DNA from: Deltaproteobacteria bacterium
GTDB taxonomy: Bacteria > Desulfobacterota > Binatia > Binatales > Binataceae
Reading direction: 5' to 3'
DNA length: 64,000 nucleotides
NCBI GenBank assembly: GCA_021780755.1
Contig: JAJXYF010000005.1
Location: 105,031 to 169,030, forward strand
This document shows positions 54,687 through 63,915 of this stretch, piece after piece. The first letter of the stretch is position 1. Each line of letters begins with the position of its first letter. The translations under genes were made by a program, and so were the position numbers. The notes under the pieces are model-generated. The model had not been told where the DNA came from. It did not search any database and saw nothing but the letters and a program-made list of their open reading frames with translations.

Positions 54687-55816
54687 GCGAGGTCTTCTAT
54701 GAGGACGAAGTTGTCTCGATGGACGATTTCGTCGGCGACCTTGTAGCCCAGCACGCGCGGGATTTCCTGCGATTTCATGCCTTTGACTTTTAGCACATCG
54801 GCGGCCGGGTAATTTACCAGGCCGCGGCCGAACTCGATGCCCTCGGGGTCGAGCAGGCTGACGCAGTCGCCGCTGGCGAACTCGCCGGTGACGTCGCGGA
54901 TGCCCGACGCCAGGAGGCTGCGGCCCTTGGAGCGCAGCGCCTCTGCCGCGCCGCGATCAAGCGCGAGTGCACCGCTCGGACGGAGCGCGAAGGCGATCCA
55001 GTGCTTGCGGCCGGGCAGGCGCCGGCGAGCGGGCAATACCAGGGTGCCGACTTCGCGCGCGGGGTCGAGCGCGGCGGCGAGCGTATCGGGCTCACGGCCG
55101 GGTCCAATGATGACGCAGATGCCGGCGCGCGCGGCCTGGCGCGCCGCCTTGAGCTTGGTCGCCATCCCGCCGCTGCCGAGCGGGCCCGCGCTTTCGGCGA
55201 CCAGCCCGCGCATCTCCGCCTCGGGGTCGGTGATCAACGGAATCAGGCGCGCGTCGGGGCGCGTGCGCGGGTCGCCGGTGAGGACGCCGGGAACGTCGCT
55301 CAGGATAACGAGCAGGCCCGCCTGCACCATCCCGGCGACCAGCGAGGAGAGCACGTCGTTGTCGCCCATGCGGATTTCCTCGACGGCCACGGTATCGTTT
55401 TCGTTGACGATCGGGATGACGCCGGCGGCAAACAGCGACTCGATGGTGCGGACGGCGTTGAGGCGGCGTTTACGTTCGGCGAGGTCCTGATGGGTGAGGA
55501 GGATTTGCGCCACGGTGCGGCCGTGGGCGTCGAAAGCCTTGGCCCATTGGCGCATCAGCTCGATTTGCCCGGTGGCGGCGGCGGCCTGGCGCTCGGCGAT
55601 GGTCGAGGCCCGGCGGCCGAGACGAGCGCGGCCCGCGGCGATCGCGCCGGAGGTGACGAGCACGACTTCGCGGCCGTCGCGCATGATGGTGTCGATCTGG
55701 CGCGCGAGATTGCCGATGACCTCGGTGCGCAGGCCGCCCGGATCCGAGAGCACGGCGCTGCCGACCTTGATCACGAGCCGGCGCAGCGGCCCAATAATCG
55801 CTTCCTTGTAGTTCAC
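54683..55816 (-). CDS. proB: Glutamate 5-kinase ProB (with PUA domain)
   Basis: LVIKVGSAVL ... VTSGAIAAG ... NENDTVAVEEIRMGDNDVLSSLVA, plus a C-terminal PUA-like region. The stop overlaps the proA start. Confidence 0.95.
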   Translation of the reverse strand: MNYKEAIIGPLRRLVIKVGSAVLSDPGGLRTEVIGNLARQIDTIMRDGREVVLVTSGAIAAGRARLGRRASTIAERQAAAATGQIELMRQWAKAFDAHGRTVAQILLTHQDLAERKRRLNAVRTIESLFAAGVIPIVNENDTVAVEEIRMGDNDVLSSLVAGMVQAGLLVILSDVPGVLTGDPRTRPDARLIPLITDPEAEMRGLVAESAGPLGSGGMATKLKAARQAARAGICVIIGPGREPDTLAAALDPAREVGTLVLPARRRLPGRKHWIAFALRPSGALALDRGAAEALRSKGRSLLASGIRDVTGEFASGDCVSLLDPEGIEFGRGLVNYPAADVLKVKGMKSQEIPRVLGYKVADEIVHRDNFVLIEDLA

Positions 55817-56838
55817 GAGGGGTGCGCGTCCGCTTTGGCCGGACCTTCGGTCGCGACGCGCAAGGACGCCGCGATCGCGGCGACCAGCGGATCGATCCCG
55901 GCGTGCTGCTCGGCCGAAATCACGTGCACATCGAGTCCGGTATGCGTCGCCAGTTCGCGCGCGATGTGCTGCGCGTCGTCGGCGGCGGCGAGGTCGGACT
56001 TGTTGAGCGCGATCAGGGCTGGCCGACCGACCATCGCGTCGTCGAAGGCCGCGACCTCGCGGCGCACGGTATCGAAATCAACGATGGGATCGGCGCTTAC
56101 GTCGAGCACATAGACCAGCACGCGGGTGCGCTTGAGATGACGCAGGAACTTGATGCCGAGGCCGTGGCCGAGGTGCGCGCCTTCGATCAGACCGGGGATA
56201 TCGGCGACCGTGAACGCCTCGTCGTCGGAGACCTGGACGTGGCCGAGATTGGGCGTGAGGGTCGTGAAGGGATACGGCGCGATCTTGGGGCGCGCGGCGC
56301 TGAGCGCGGCGAGCAGCGTCGATTTGCCGGCATTGGGCAGGCCGACCAGACCCGCTTCAGCGACCAGGCGCAGCTCGATTTTGACCCATCGCTGATCGCC
56401 CGGGGTGCCGGGCGTCGCGATGCGCGGGGCGCGCCGGGTCGAAGAGACGAAGTGCATATTGCCCAGCCCGCCCTTGCCCGCCTGCGCGATAATCGCCCGC
56501 TCGCCCGGAACCACCAGGTCGGCGATCAGCGCGCCAGTCTCTTCGTTGAAGACCATCGTACCGGGCGGGACGCGCACGACCAGGTCATCGCCCTGATGGC
56601 CGTACTGCTGCTTGCCGCGACCGGGTTCGCCGTCGCGCGCGACGAGGCGCGGCTGGTACTTGAAGTCGAGCAGGGTGGACATGCCCTCGTTGACTTCGAA
56701 GATGACGCTGCCGCCGCGTCCGCCGTCGCCGCCCGCGGGGCCGCCGAAGGGGCGGTATTTCTCGCGCAGGAACGCGATCGCGCCGTTGCCGCCCTTGCCG
56801 GCTTGAACATAGACCCTGGCTTCGTCGATAAAGCGCAT
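55813..56838 (-). CDS. obg: GTPase ObgE/CgtA
   Basis: MRFIDEARVYVQAGKGGNGAIAFLREKY..., an Obg fold with glycine-rich repeats, and G motifs GLPNAGKST, DIPGLIEGA and NKSD. Confidence 0.95.
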   Translation of the reverse strand: MRFIDEARVYVQAGKGGNGAIAFLREKYRPFGGPAGGDGGRGGSVIFEVNEGMSTLLDFKYQPRLVARDGEPGRGKQQYGHQGDDLVVRVPPGTMVFNEETGALIADLVVPGERAIIAQAGKGGLGNMHFVSSTRRAPRIATPGTPGDQRWVKIELRLVAEAGLVGLPNAGKSTLLAALSAARPKIAPYPFTTLTPNLGHVQVSDDEAFTVADIPGLIEGAHLGHGLGIKFLRHLKRTRVLVYVLDVSADPIVDFDTVRREVAAFDDAMVGRPALIALNKSDLAAADDAQHIARELATHTGLDVHVISAEQHAGIDPLVAAIAASLRVATEGPAKADAHPS

Positions 56839-57001
56839 AACTGACGGGAATTATAGCAGGCCCACCAGCCGAACTCGCGAGCCGCGTTAACGAGTCCCCC
56901 GGTTACGTCGAGATACCCAATTTGCGGCGGCGCGCGGATGGTGCGGCGAACGTAACGCAGGCGCCCCGTCTATTATCCCAGGCCGCCGGCGACCGCGATC
57001 C

Positions 57002-58033
57002 CTATAAGCACAACTCCGCCAGCGTGCGCAGCGCGTCGATCTGGGTGCTCGCGACGATCATCGTGCCGATCGGCGACGACTTCCATTCGGCGAGCTGATC
57101 CTTGATCCGTTCGCGCGGTCCGATCAGCGCCACCGAATCGACCAGCTTGTCGGGCACCGCGGCCGCTGCCTCTTCCTTGCGCCCGCTCAGGTACAGGTCC
57201 TGCAGTTGCGTGGCGAGGTCCTCGTAACCAAAGTTGCGGACGTAGCTGTTGTAGAAATTGCGATTGCGCGCGCCCATCCCGCCGATATACAGCGCGAGGC
57301 TTGCTCTCACCGGCGCGCGGCATTTGTCGAGGTCGCTGCCCATGTGCACCGGGACGTACGGGGCGAGGTCGAAGCTCGCCATGCTCTTGCCGCCGCCCGC
57401 CTTTTTGAAGCCCGCCTCGAGATGCGGCTGATAGAGCTGCGCGTACCACGCCGGGCTCATCCAGACCGGAATCACGCCGTCGGCCAGTTCCGCCGCAAGC
57501 TCGATTCCCTTGGGGCTGATCGACGCCGTGTAAATCTTCATGTCGGGGCGGCCGTGCAGGATGCTGCGCAACGGCTTGCCGAGACCCGACGCGCCCGGCC
57601 CGCGATAGGGTATCTGATATTCCTGGCCGTCGAACTGCAGCGGCTGCTCACGCTTGAGGATGATGCGCATGATCTCGATATATTCGCGGTAGCGCTGCAG
57701 CGGCTTGCCGTAGGGCATCCCGTGCCAGCCTTCGACGACCTGCGGATTCGATGGGCCCAGCCCGATGATGAAGCGGCCGTCGGAAAGGCCGTCGAGCGTC
57801 ATCGCGGTCATCGCGGCCATCGCCGGCGTGCGCGCATGCATCTGCATGATGCCGGCGCCGAGCTTGATCTTTGACGTGCGCGCGCCGATCCACGAAAGGA
57901 AAGTGATCACGTCGGAGCCGTAGGCTTCGCCCGACCATACCGAGTCGTAGCCGAGCCGTTCGGCCTCGAGGATCAAGTCCATGGTCTGGGCCATGCGCGG
58001 CCCGGAGTAGCCGGTGTTGAGTCCGAGTCTCAT
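57002..58033 (-). CDS. LLM class (luciferase-like) F420-dependent-type oxidoreductase
   Basis: [11 protein letters not shown] ... [36 protein letters not shown] ... [15 protein letters not shown]. The ATG at 58033 is preferred. The track start at 58117 would read through repeat copy l. Confidence 0.8.
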   Translation of the reverse strand: MRLGLNTGYSGPRMAQTMDLILEAERLGYDSVWSGEAYGSDVITFLSWIGARTSKIKLGAGIMQMHARTPAMAAMTAMTLDGLSDGRFIIGLGPSNPQVVEGWHGMPYGKPLQRYREYIEIMRIILKREQPLQFDGQEYQIPYRGPGASGLGKPLRSILHGRPDMKIYTASISPKGIELAAELADGVIPVWMSPAWYAQLYQPHLEAGFKKAGGGKSMASFDLAPYVPVHMGSDLDKCRAPVRASLALYIGGMGARNRNFYNSYVRNFGYEDLATQLQDLYLSGRKEEAAAAVPDKLVDSVALIGPRERIKDQLAEWKSSPIGTMIVASTQIDALRTLAELCL

Positions 58034-58060
58034 CGCGAATTCCTCAAATAGTCGAATAGC

Positions 58061-58195
58061 GCAAAACTTATAGTTTAGGAAAACTGAAACCGAGGTTTCA
58101 GACTTCCCATTGGTCACGGATGCGGGCTTAGCCCTGTGAAGAGCTCGTCATAATTAGCTGCGCACGTCGCTCGAGCCGACGGCGAGCATCGCACC
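58061..58195 (-). repeat. TGAAACC-hairpin repeat family, copy l (long form with internal deletions)
   Basis: The reverse complement reads GGTGCGATGCTCGCC ... GCATCCGTGACCAATGGGAAGTCTGAAACCTCGGTTTCAGTTTTCCTAAACTATAAGTTTTGC. It shares the GGTGC..GATGCTC.GCC module with copy i, the CATCCG.TGACC module with copies A-D, and the core with all copies. Confidence 0.75.
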
Positions 58196-58202
58196 GAGAC
58201 AA

Positions 58203-58231
58203 CAAAAAGCCCCACGGTTTCCCGTGAGGCT
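58203..58231 (-). terminator. Rho-independent terminator downstream of rpmA
   Basis: On the minus strand: AGCCTCACGG-GAAA-CCGTGGGGCT (10-bp stem with one G-U pair) followed by TTTTTGTTG, about 25 nt after the rpmA stop. Confidence 0.8.
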
Positions 58232-58255
58232 TGAAGATCATCAGAGGGCGAATCG

Positions 58256-58576
58256 TTAGGCCGAGGGTTGTTCGGCCGGAGCTTCGGCTTGCGGCGCGGC
58301 CTTCGCGGAGGTTTTCGCGCCAGCCGCCGCATCGACGCTGACTTGTCGCTTGTCGCCGCGATAGGACTCGTACTTCACGACGCCGTCGATGAGCGCGAAG
58401 ATCGTGAAGTCGCGGCCGAGGCCGACGTTGCGTCCGGGATGAATCCGCGTGCCGCACTGGCGCACCAGGATATTGCCGGCGCGGACGGTCTGCCCAGCGT
58501 AAATCTTGATCCCGCGATGCTGCCCCGGACTGTCACGTCCGTTGCGCGTCGAACCCTGTCCTTTCTTATGCGCCAT
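58256..58576 (-). CDS. rpmA: 50S ribosomal protein L27 (with an Ala/Pro/Gln-rich C-terminal extension)
   Basis: [48 protein letters not shown] is canonical L27. There are about 20 extra C-terminal residues. Confidence 0.95.
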   Translation of the reverse strand: MAHKKGQGSTRNGRDSPGQHRGIKIYAGQTVRAGNILVRQCGTRIHPGRNVGLGRDFTIFALIDGVVKYESYRGDKRQVSVDAAAGAKTSAKAAPQAEAPAEQPSA

Positions 58577-58620
58577 AGCTCAAGTGTCTCCGATAAAAAT
58601 GGTAGGTGCGCGGTGGGGCG

Positions 58621-58938
58621 TCACGCGCCGCGGCTGATCTCTTCGATCCGCAGGACCGTGAGTTCCTGGCGATGACCGCGCTTGCGCCGATAGTTCTTGC
58701 GCCGCTTCTTCTTGAACACCAGCACCTTGGTGCCCCGCGGCTGCTGCACGATTTTCGCCCGCACCGAGGCGTTGGCGACGATCGGCGTGCCCAGCGCGTT
58801 GACTTCGCCGTCGCTGATAGCGAGCACCTGGTCCAGCGCCACTTCCGCACCGACGTCGCCCGCAATTCGCTCGACCACGATCTGGTCGCCGGGGCCGACG
58901 CGGTATTGCTTACCGCCTGTCTTTACTATTGCAAACAT
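58621..58938 (-). CDS. rplU: 50S ribosomal protein L21
   Basis: [25 protein letters not shown] ... [21 protein letters not shown] is canonical L21. Confidence 0.95.
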   Translation of the reverse strand: MFAIVKTGGKQYRVGPGDQIVVERIAGDVGAEVALDQVLAISDGEVNALGTPIVANASVRAKIVQQPRGTKVLVFKKKRRKNYRRKRGHRQELTVLRIEEISRGA

Positions 58939-59135
58939 CTTAAAGTCCGAATCCCTTTAAGTATCGGACGGATCGGCGCATGTCAATCCGTGCTGGCCCG
59001 CTCAAGTATGGTATCGATCGCGTGGCGCGGGAGAAATATTCCGTCGGCCCGGTCCTTGGCCGGCTTGGTGAATTCGGTCCCGGCATGGCAAGATCACAAC
59101 GGTGGTCGCGCTCGATTTTCGCCTGAGGAGTTCTC

Positions 59136-60323
59136 GTGGAACCGGTAGATTTATCATATAGCGGCAGTTTTGCGGCGGGATTTCCGCACGAGTTTTTCAA
59201 CTGGCTCCGTCAAAACGAGCCGGTCTGGTGGCACCAGCCGACCGAACATACGCCTAACGGTATCGGCTTCTGGGTAGTGAGCCGGCACGCGGACGTCGTT
59301 GCGATTTTCAAGGACGCCGAGACCTATTCGTCGGAACTGGGCGGCACGCAAATCTACGACGGCAAGGGCATGGGCTACCAGTTGAACCAGACCGACGACC
59401 CGAAACATCGGCGGTTGCGGGCGCTGGTCAACAAGGGTTTCACCCCGCGGACGATCGGGCGGCTGGAGGACGATTTGCGGGCGCGCGCCAAACGGATCCT
59501 CGACGAGGTCCCCAGCGGCGAGACCTTCAACTTCGTGCCGGCGGTGGCGCGCGAACTGCCGCTGCAGGCTATCTGCGCGGTGCTCGGCGTGCCGCAGGAG
59601 GATCGCGCGGAGCTGGGCGATATCGTCGATCTCGCGATCGGCGCGGGCGGCGGCGCCACCATGTCGCCGCAGCACCTCAAGCGCCTCAGCGCTTATGCGG
59701 ACGCACTGGTCGAGCGCAAACGCCACCATCCGGCCGACGACATCTTGTCGATTATCGTCCACGCGCAACTCGACGACGGCTCGCCGCAGCTCAGCAACAT
59801 GGAGCTGCGGGCGTTCTTCAACCTGCTGTTCCCGGCCGGCGCCGAGACCACCCGCAGCGCGATCGCGGGCGGGATGCTGGCGCTGATCGAAAACCCCGGC
59901 GAGCTCGGGCGGCTGCGCGGAAATCCCGATCTGATGAAGACCGCCGGCGAAGAGATCGTCCGCTGGACTTCGCCGTCGGTTTACAAGCGGCGCACCACCA
60001 CGCGCGACGTCGAGTTGCGCGGGCGTGCGATCCGGCAGGGGCAGAAGGTGACGGTGTGGGAGATGTCGGCGAATCGCGACGAGGAGGTCTTCACCGATCC
60101 GTTTCGCTTCGATATCGCGCGCGACCCGAACTTCCACGTCGGCTTCGGGCTGGGCGCTCATTTCTGCCTCGGCGCGAACCTTGCCCGGCTGGAACTGAAA
60201 GTCATGTTCGAGGAGCTGCTCGGCCGCTTTGCGCGCTTCGAAGTCACCGGGCCGTTGGCGTGGACCAACAACAATCGTCTCTTGGGCCTGACCCATCTGC
60301 CGCTCAAGGCCTTCCCGAAGTAG
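59136..60323 (+). CDS. Cytochrome P450
   Basis: Heme-binding loop FGLGAHFCLGANLARLE, I-helix AGAETT, and EIVRW (ExxR). The GTG start is preceded by GAGGAG. Confidence 0.9.
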   Translation: MEPVDLSYSGSFAAGFPHEFFNWLRQNEPVWWHQPTEHTPNGIGFWVVSRHADVVAIFKDAETYSSELGGTQIYDGKGMGYQLNQTDDPKHRRLRALVNKGFTPRTIGRLEDDLRARAKRILDEVPSGETFNFVPAVARELPLQAICAVLGVPQEDRAELGDIVDLAIGAGGGATMSPQHLKRLSAYADALVERKRHHPADDILSIIVHAQLDDGSPQLSNMELRAFFNLLFPAGAETTRSAIAGGMLALIENPGELGRLRGNPDLMKTAGEEIVRWTSPSVYKRRTTTRDVELRGRAIRQGQKVTVWEMSANRDEEVFTDPFRFDIARDPNFHVGFGLGAHFCLGANLARLELKVMFEELLGRFARFEVTGPLAWTNNNRLLGLTHLPLKAFPK

Positions 60324-60339
60324 CGATCAAGGAAATGAA

Positions 60340-60373
60340 GAGGGGCGCAGCGGGATCGCCCGCTTCGCCCCTC
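60340..60373. terminator. GC-rich hairpin between convergent P450 and sufT-like genes (candidate bidirectional terminator)
   Basis: GAGGGGCGCAGCGGG (60340-60354) pairs with CCCGCTTCGCCCCTC (60359-60373) with one mismatch. Confidence 0.5.
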
Positions 60374-60405
60374 TCGATACGCAGTCGATTCGTCAGTCCA
60401 GACGC

Positions 60406-60942
60406 TTAGTCGATGCCGAGCTTTTCCCGCGCCTCGGGCGCGATCATCTGCGGATTCCACGGCGGATCCCACACCAGATCGACGTTCGCCTCCGACACGC
60501 CCGCCAGCGTCATCAGCTTGCTCTTGGCATCGAACGCGATCGACGCGCCCATCCCGCAGCCCTGCGCCGTCAACGTCATCTTGACGTCAACCTTGCTGGT
60601 GCCGTCGGACTGCGGCGTCACTTCCATCCCGTAAACCAGTCCGAGGTCAACGATATTAACCGGAATCTCGGGGTCATAGCAGGTCTTGAGCTGCTCCCAT
60701 ACCATCGCTTCCAGGTCGCCACTGGTGGCCGCGGTAGCGCCGGCCTCCGCCGCTGATTTGCCGATCGCGTCGGCGTCCTTGCCTGCGATGCGATAGAGGC
60801 CGCTATAGGCGGGCACTTGCAGGGTGAAGGTGCCGCCGAGCGATTGAGTAATGAAGGCCTCGATGCCTTTTTCGAGCGTTATCGGAGTGCCGGCCGGAAT
60901 TTGGACGGCTTCACATTCCCGTTGGAGTTCGACTCGTTCCAT
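60406..60942 (-). CDS. SufT-like Fe-S cluster assembly protein (DUF59/MIP18 domain with N-terminal extension)
   Basis: C-terminal DUF59 pattern VWEQLKTCYDPEIPVNIVDLGLVYGMEV ... LTAQGCGMG. The size (~178 aa) matches SufT. Confidence 0.6.
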   Translation of the reverse strand: MERVELQRECEAVQIPAGTPITLEKGIEAFITQSLGGTFTLQVPAYSGLYRIAGKDADAIGKSAAEAGATAATSGDLEAMVWEQLKTCYDPEIPVNIVDLGLVYGMEVTPQSDGTSKVDVKMTLTAQGCGMGASIAFDAKSKLMTLAGVSEANVDLVWDPPWNPQMIAPEAREKLGID

Positions 60943-61108
60943 CGTTGGGTTCCTCAGTTTCGATGGGTCAATTGTAAGTCGTCGAGAGCACCTGCGCCAG
61001 CGCAGGCCAGTTGGCGCTATGTTGCGGCGGCCCCATGCGGTCTGTTAGAGCGAAGAGAAGTCGAAAACGCGATACGGTCTCAGGAAACGCGAAGTTGAGG
61101 ATATCAAG

Positions 61109-63208
61109 ATGGGTGGCGGGGCGACGGGCGGGGAAATCGACGGCGGTCTCGGCGACGACGTTACGTATCGCGACGCGGCCGCCGCGGTAAGCGGCGAAAC
61201 GTCGAATATGGATGACGAGGCCGCCGCGCTCGCGAGCCCGTCCGCGTTCGCGTTCGACCGGATGCCGCGGGCGAGTGCGAAGGAAAAGCTCCACGCGTTT
61301 TTAGAAGAACGTCCGGCGGGGGCCGACGCCGCCGAACTGGTCGGACTGCTGTTCAAGGGCGCCGGTTCCGATCCCGAGTTGGGTGCGCGTCTGATTCACG
61401 GTCTGATCGGCGGCGATCCGAATTTCGTCCTCGATGAGGCGGCCGGGATGTGGTCGCTGCGCAAGAGCGTCGCCCTGCGGGTACCGCTCGATGAGGCGCG
61501 CTTCGTGGTGGTCGATCTGGAAACCACGGGCGGGCGCGCGGCGGCCGGGTCGATAATCGAGATCGGCGCGTGCCGGATGGAAGGCGGTCGAATCACGGCG
61601 ACGTTTGAAACGCTGGTGCGGCCGCGGATGGCGATTCCGCGGTTCATCACGGGGCTCACTTCGATCACCAACGAGATGGTGCGTGACGCGCCGCCGATCG
61701 AGCATGCGCTGCCGGCGTTTCGCGAATTTCTCGGCGACGCCGTGATGGTCGCGCATAACGCCCCGTTCGACCATTCGTTTCTCGACTTCGAGTTTCGGCG
61801 ACTGTTCGGAATCGGCATGCGGAATCCGGTGCTGTGTACGCTGCGGCTTTCGCGCCGTCTGCTGCCCTCGCTCAAGCGCCGCCGCCTCGACGCGCTGGCC
61901 GAACATTTCGGGCTGTCCACCGCGGGACGCCATCGCGGGCTGGGCGACGCGCGGATGGCCGCCGAGCTGCTTTCGATTTTTATCGAGATGGCGGCGAAGA
62001 TGGGTCTCAACCGGCTCGACCGGTTGATCGACTGGAATCATCGGGGCGCGGCGGGCCGGCGTCTCGAGCGGCACGTGCCGCCCGACGCGATCGCGGCGCT
62101 GCCGCGCACGCCCGGCGTGTATCTCTTGCGCAATGAGCGCGGCGACCTGCTCTATATCGGCAAGGCGGCGCGGCTGCGCGATCGCGTCGCCTCGTACTTC
62201 AACGGCGGCGCGGGGCGCAATGCGAAAACGGCGGAGCTGGTCGGCCACGTGCATGCGATCGAAACGCGGCCGGCGCGCTCGGCGCTCGACGCGGCGCTGC
62301 TCGAGGCGCGGATGATTCGCGAACTCAAGCCGCCATACAACCGGATGTTGAAATCGGCGGCGCCCGCATTTTTCGTCAAACTCGACCTCTCGGATCCGTT
62401 TCCGCGGCTGCGGATCGGTCAGAAGCTCAGCGCGCGCGTGGGCGTGATGAATCTGGGCCCGTTTATCGGACGGCACAACCTGGACCATGCGACGCGCGGG
62501 CTCGCGCGACTGTTGGGCTTGCGCACGTGCACGGGCAAGCTCGCGCCCGACGAGGATTTTTCGCCGTGCGTTTACGGGCAGATGGGCCATTGCGCGGCGC
62601 CGTGCAATTTTACCATCGACGAGGACGCGTACAACCAGCGGGTGGGGCGGGCGGTGTCTTTTTTGCGCGGCCGCGGCGGTCCGCTGATGGGTGAGCTGGC
62701 GCGGGCGCGCGAGCAGGCGGCCGCCGCGATGCGCTTCGAGGAGGCGCGCCGCTTCCATCGCGAACTCGAAGCGCTCGCCGCGTTCACCGAGCGCGTCAGC
62801 CGGCTGAGCCGCGTCGTGACCGAGAACAATCTCATCATTGTAATCGCGCCGCGGTCGGCGGGATCGGAAAGCGCGCCGGCGCCGCCGGCGAATCCGGTCG
62901 CGTACGTGATCCTGAGCGGGCGGCTCGCGCTCACGCGTGAGATCGATTCGCTCGGCGCGGCGCATGCGGTGAGCACATTCGTGGCGGAGAATTACGATCG
63001 CTATCGGATGCGCGCGGTCGCTCGCGGCGAACTCGAGGAGATGACGATCGTCGCTCGTTGGCTGCGCGAACGCGACACCGCCGACGGGCGGCTGATCTAT
63101 CTGAACGACGCGATCGTCGAGCCCGCCGCGATAGTCAGTGCGGCGGGAATCACGGCAGCGGAAGTCGGCGATGCCGTGCCGCTCGCGGTGGCGACCGCGA
63201 CCGATTAG
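61109..63208 (+). CDS. DEDD 3'-5' exonuclease (DnaQ/epsilon-like) fused to a GIY-YIG (UvrC/Cho-like) nuclease domain
   Basis: Exo motifs VVDLETTG, VAHNAPFDHSFL and HRGLGDARM, then GIY-YIG PGVYLLRNERGDLLYIGKAARLRDRVASY ... ALLEARMIRELKPPYN. The start is uncertain (ATG at 61109 or 61208). Confidence 0.8.
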   Translation: MGGGATGGEIDGGLGDDVTYRDAAAAVSGETSNMDDEAAALASPSAFAFDRMPRASAKEKLHAFLEERPAGADAAELVGLLFKGAGSDPELGARLIHGLIGGDPNFVLDEAAGMWSLRKSVALRVPLDEARFVVVDLETTGGRAAAGSIIEIGACRMEGGRITATFETLVRPRMAIPRFITGLTSITNEMVRDAPPIEHALPAFREFLGDAVMVAHNAPFDHSFLDFEFRRLFGIGMRNPVLCTLRLSRRLLPSLKRRRLDALAEHFGLSTAGRHRGLGDARMAAELLSIFIEMAAKMGLNRLDRLIDWNHRGAAGRRLERHVPPDAIAALPRTPGVYLLRNERGDLLYIGKAARLRDRVASYFNGGAGRNAKTAELVGHVHAIETRPARSALDAALLEARMIRELKPPYNRMLKSAAPAFFVKLDLSDPFPRLRIGQKLSARVGVMNLGPFIGRHNLDHATRGLARLLGLRTCTGKLAPDEDFSPCVYGQMGHCAAPCNFTIDEDAYNQRVGRAVSFLRGRGGPLMGELARAREQAAAAMRFEEARRFHRELEALAAFTERVSRLSRVVTENNLIIVIAPRSAGSESAPAPPANPVAYVILSGRLALTREIDSLGAAHAVSTFVAENYDRYRMRAVARGELEEMTIVARWLRERDTADGRLIYLNDAIVEPAAIVSAAGITAAEVGDAVPLAVATATD

Positions 63209-63245
63209 ATTAGTCAGTCACCCAAACGACCGGAGAAAACCGCCC

Positions 63246-63848
63246 ATGTACTTCGATCCGCGCGACAAGGAATACCCGCTCAAACATGACCCGCTGACCT
63301 CGCTGGTGGTGCCCCGACCGATCGGATGGATCTCGACGATCAACCGCGCCGGCGTGGTGAATCTCGCGCCGTACAGCTTTTTCAACGCGGTCGCGAGCCG
63401 CCCGCCGTTCGTAATGTTCTCGAGCGCGGGCCGCAAACATTCGCAGACCAACGCCGAGGAGAGCGGCGAATTCGTGCATAGCCTGACGGTCTGGGACCTG
63501 CGTGAAGAGATGAATATCACGTCCGCCGACGTCGGCCCGGACGTGAGCGAGCCGGAACTCGCGCACCTGGAAATGGCGCCGTCGGTCGCGGTGAAACCGC
63601 CGCGCGTTGCGCGCTCGCCGGTCGCGTTCGAATGCAAGTACGTCAAGACGGTCGATCTGCCGGGTGCCGGCGGCAAGCCCAATCCCTACTCGATCGTGAT
63701 CGGCGAAGTGGTCGGCATTTATATCTCCGACGAGGTCATCGTGGATGGCAAGGTCGATCTGTCGGTGCGGCGGCCGATCGCGCGCCTCGGCGGGCTGGAT
63801 CAGTACACCTCAGTCGATGAGATCTTCAAGCTGCGTCGCCCCGGCTGA
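63246..63848 (+). CDS. Flavin reductase family protein (FMN-binding split barrel)
   Basis: VVPRPIGWISTINRAGVVNLAPYSFFNAV is typical. The ATG at 63246 is preferred because the track start at 63138 overlaps the upstream gene. Confidence 0.8.
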   Translation: MYFDPRDKEYPLKHDPLTSLVVPRPIGWISTINRAGVVNLAPYSFFNAVASRPPFVMFSSAGRKHSQTNAEESGEFVHSLTVWDLREEMNITSADVGPDVSEPELAHLEMAPSVAVKPPRVARSPVAFECKYVKTVDLPGAGGKPNPYSIVIGEVVGIYISDEVIVDGKVDLSVRRPIARLGGLDQYTSVDEIFKLRRPG

Positions 63849-63915
63849 GGCGGCGAAGTCGGTCAAAGTCGTTAATGATGATGAGGCTTTCTCAGGGCGC
63901 GGCCCGCATCTGATT

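Noticed and set aside
61090-61101. An isolated GTTGAGGATATC just upstream of the exonuclease fusion gene, resembling the terminal repeat GTTGAGGA(A/T)CT of the hairpin family.
   Set aside because: No adjacent hairpin or other family modules are present. An 8-9-mer match is expected by chance about once or twice in 64 kb on two strands.
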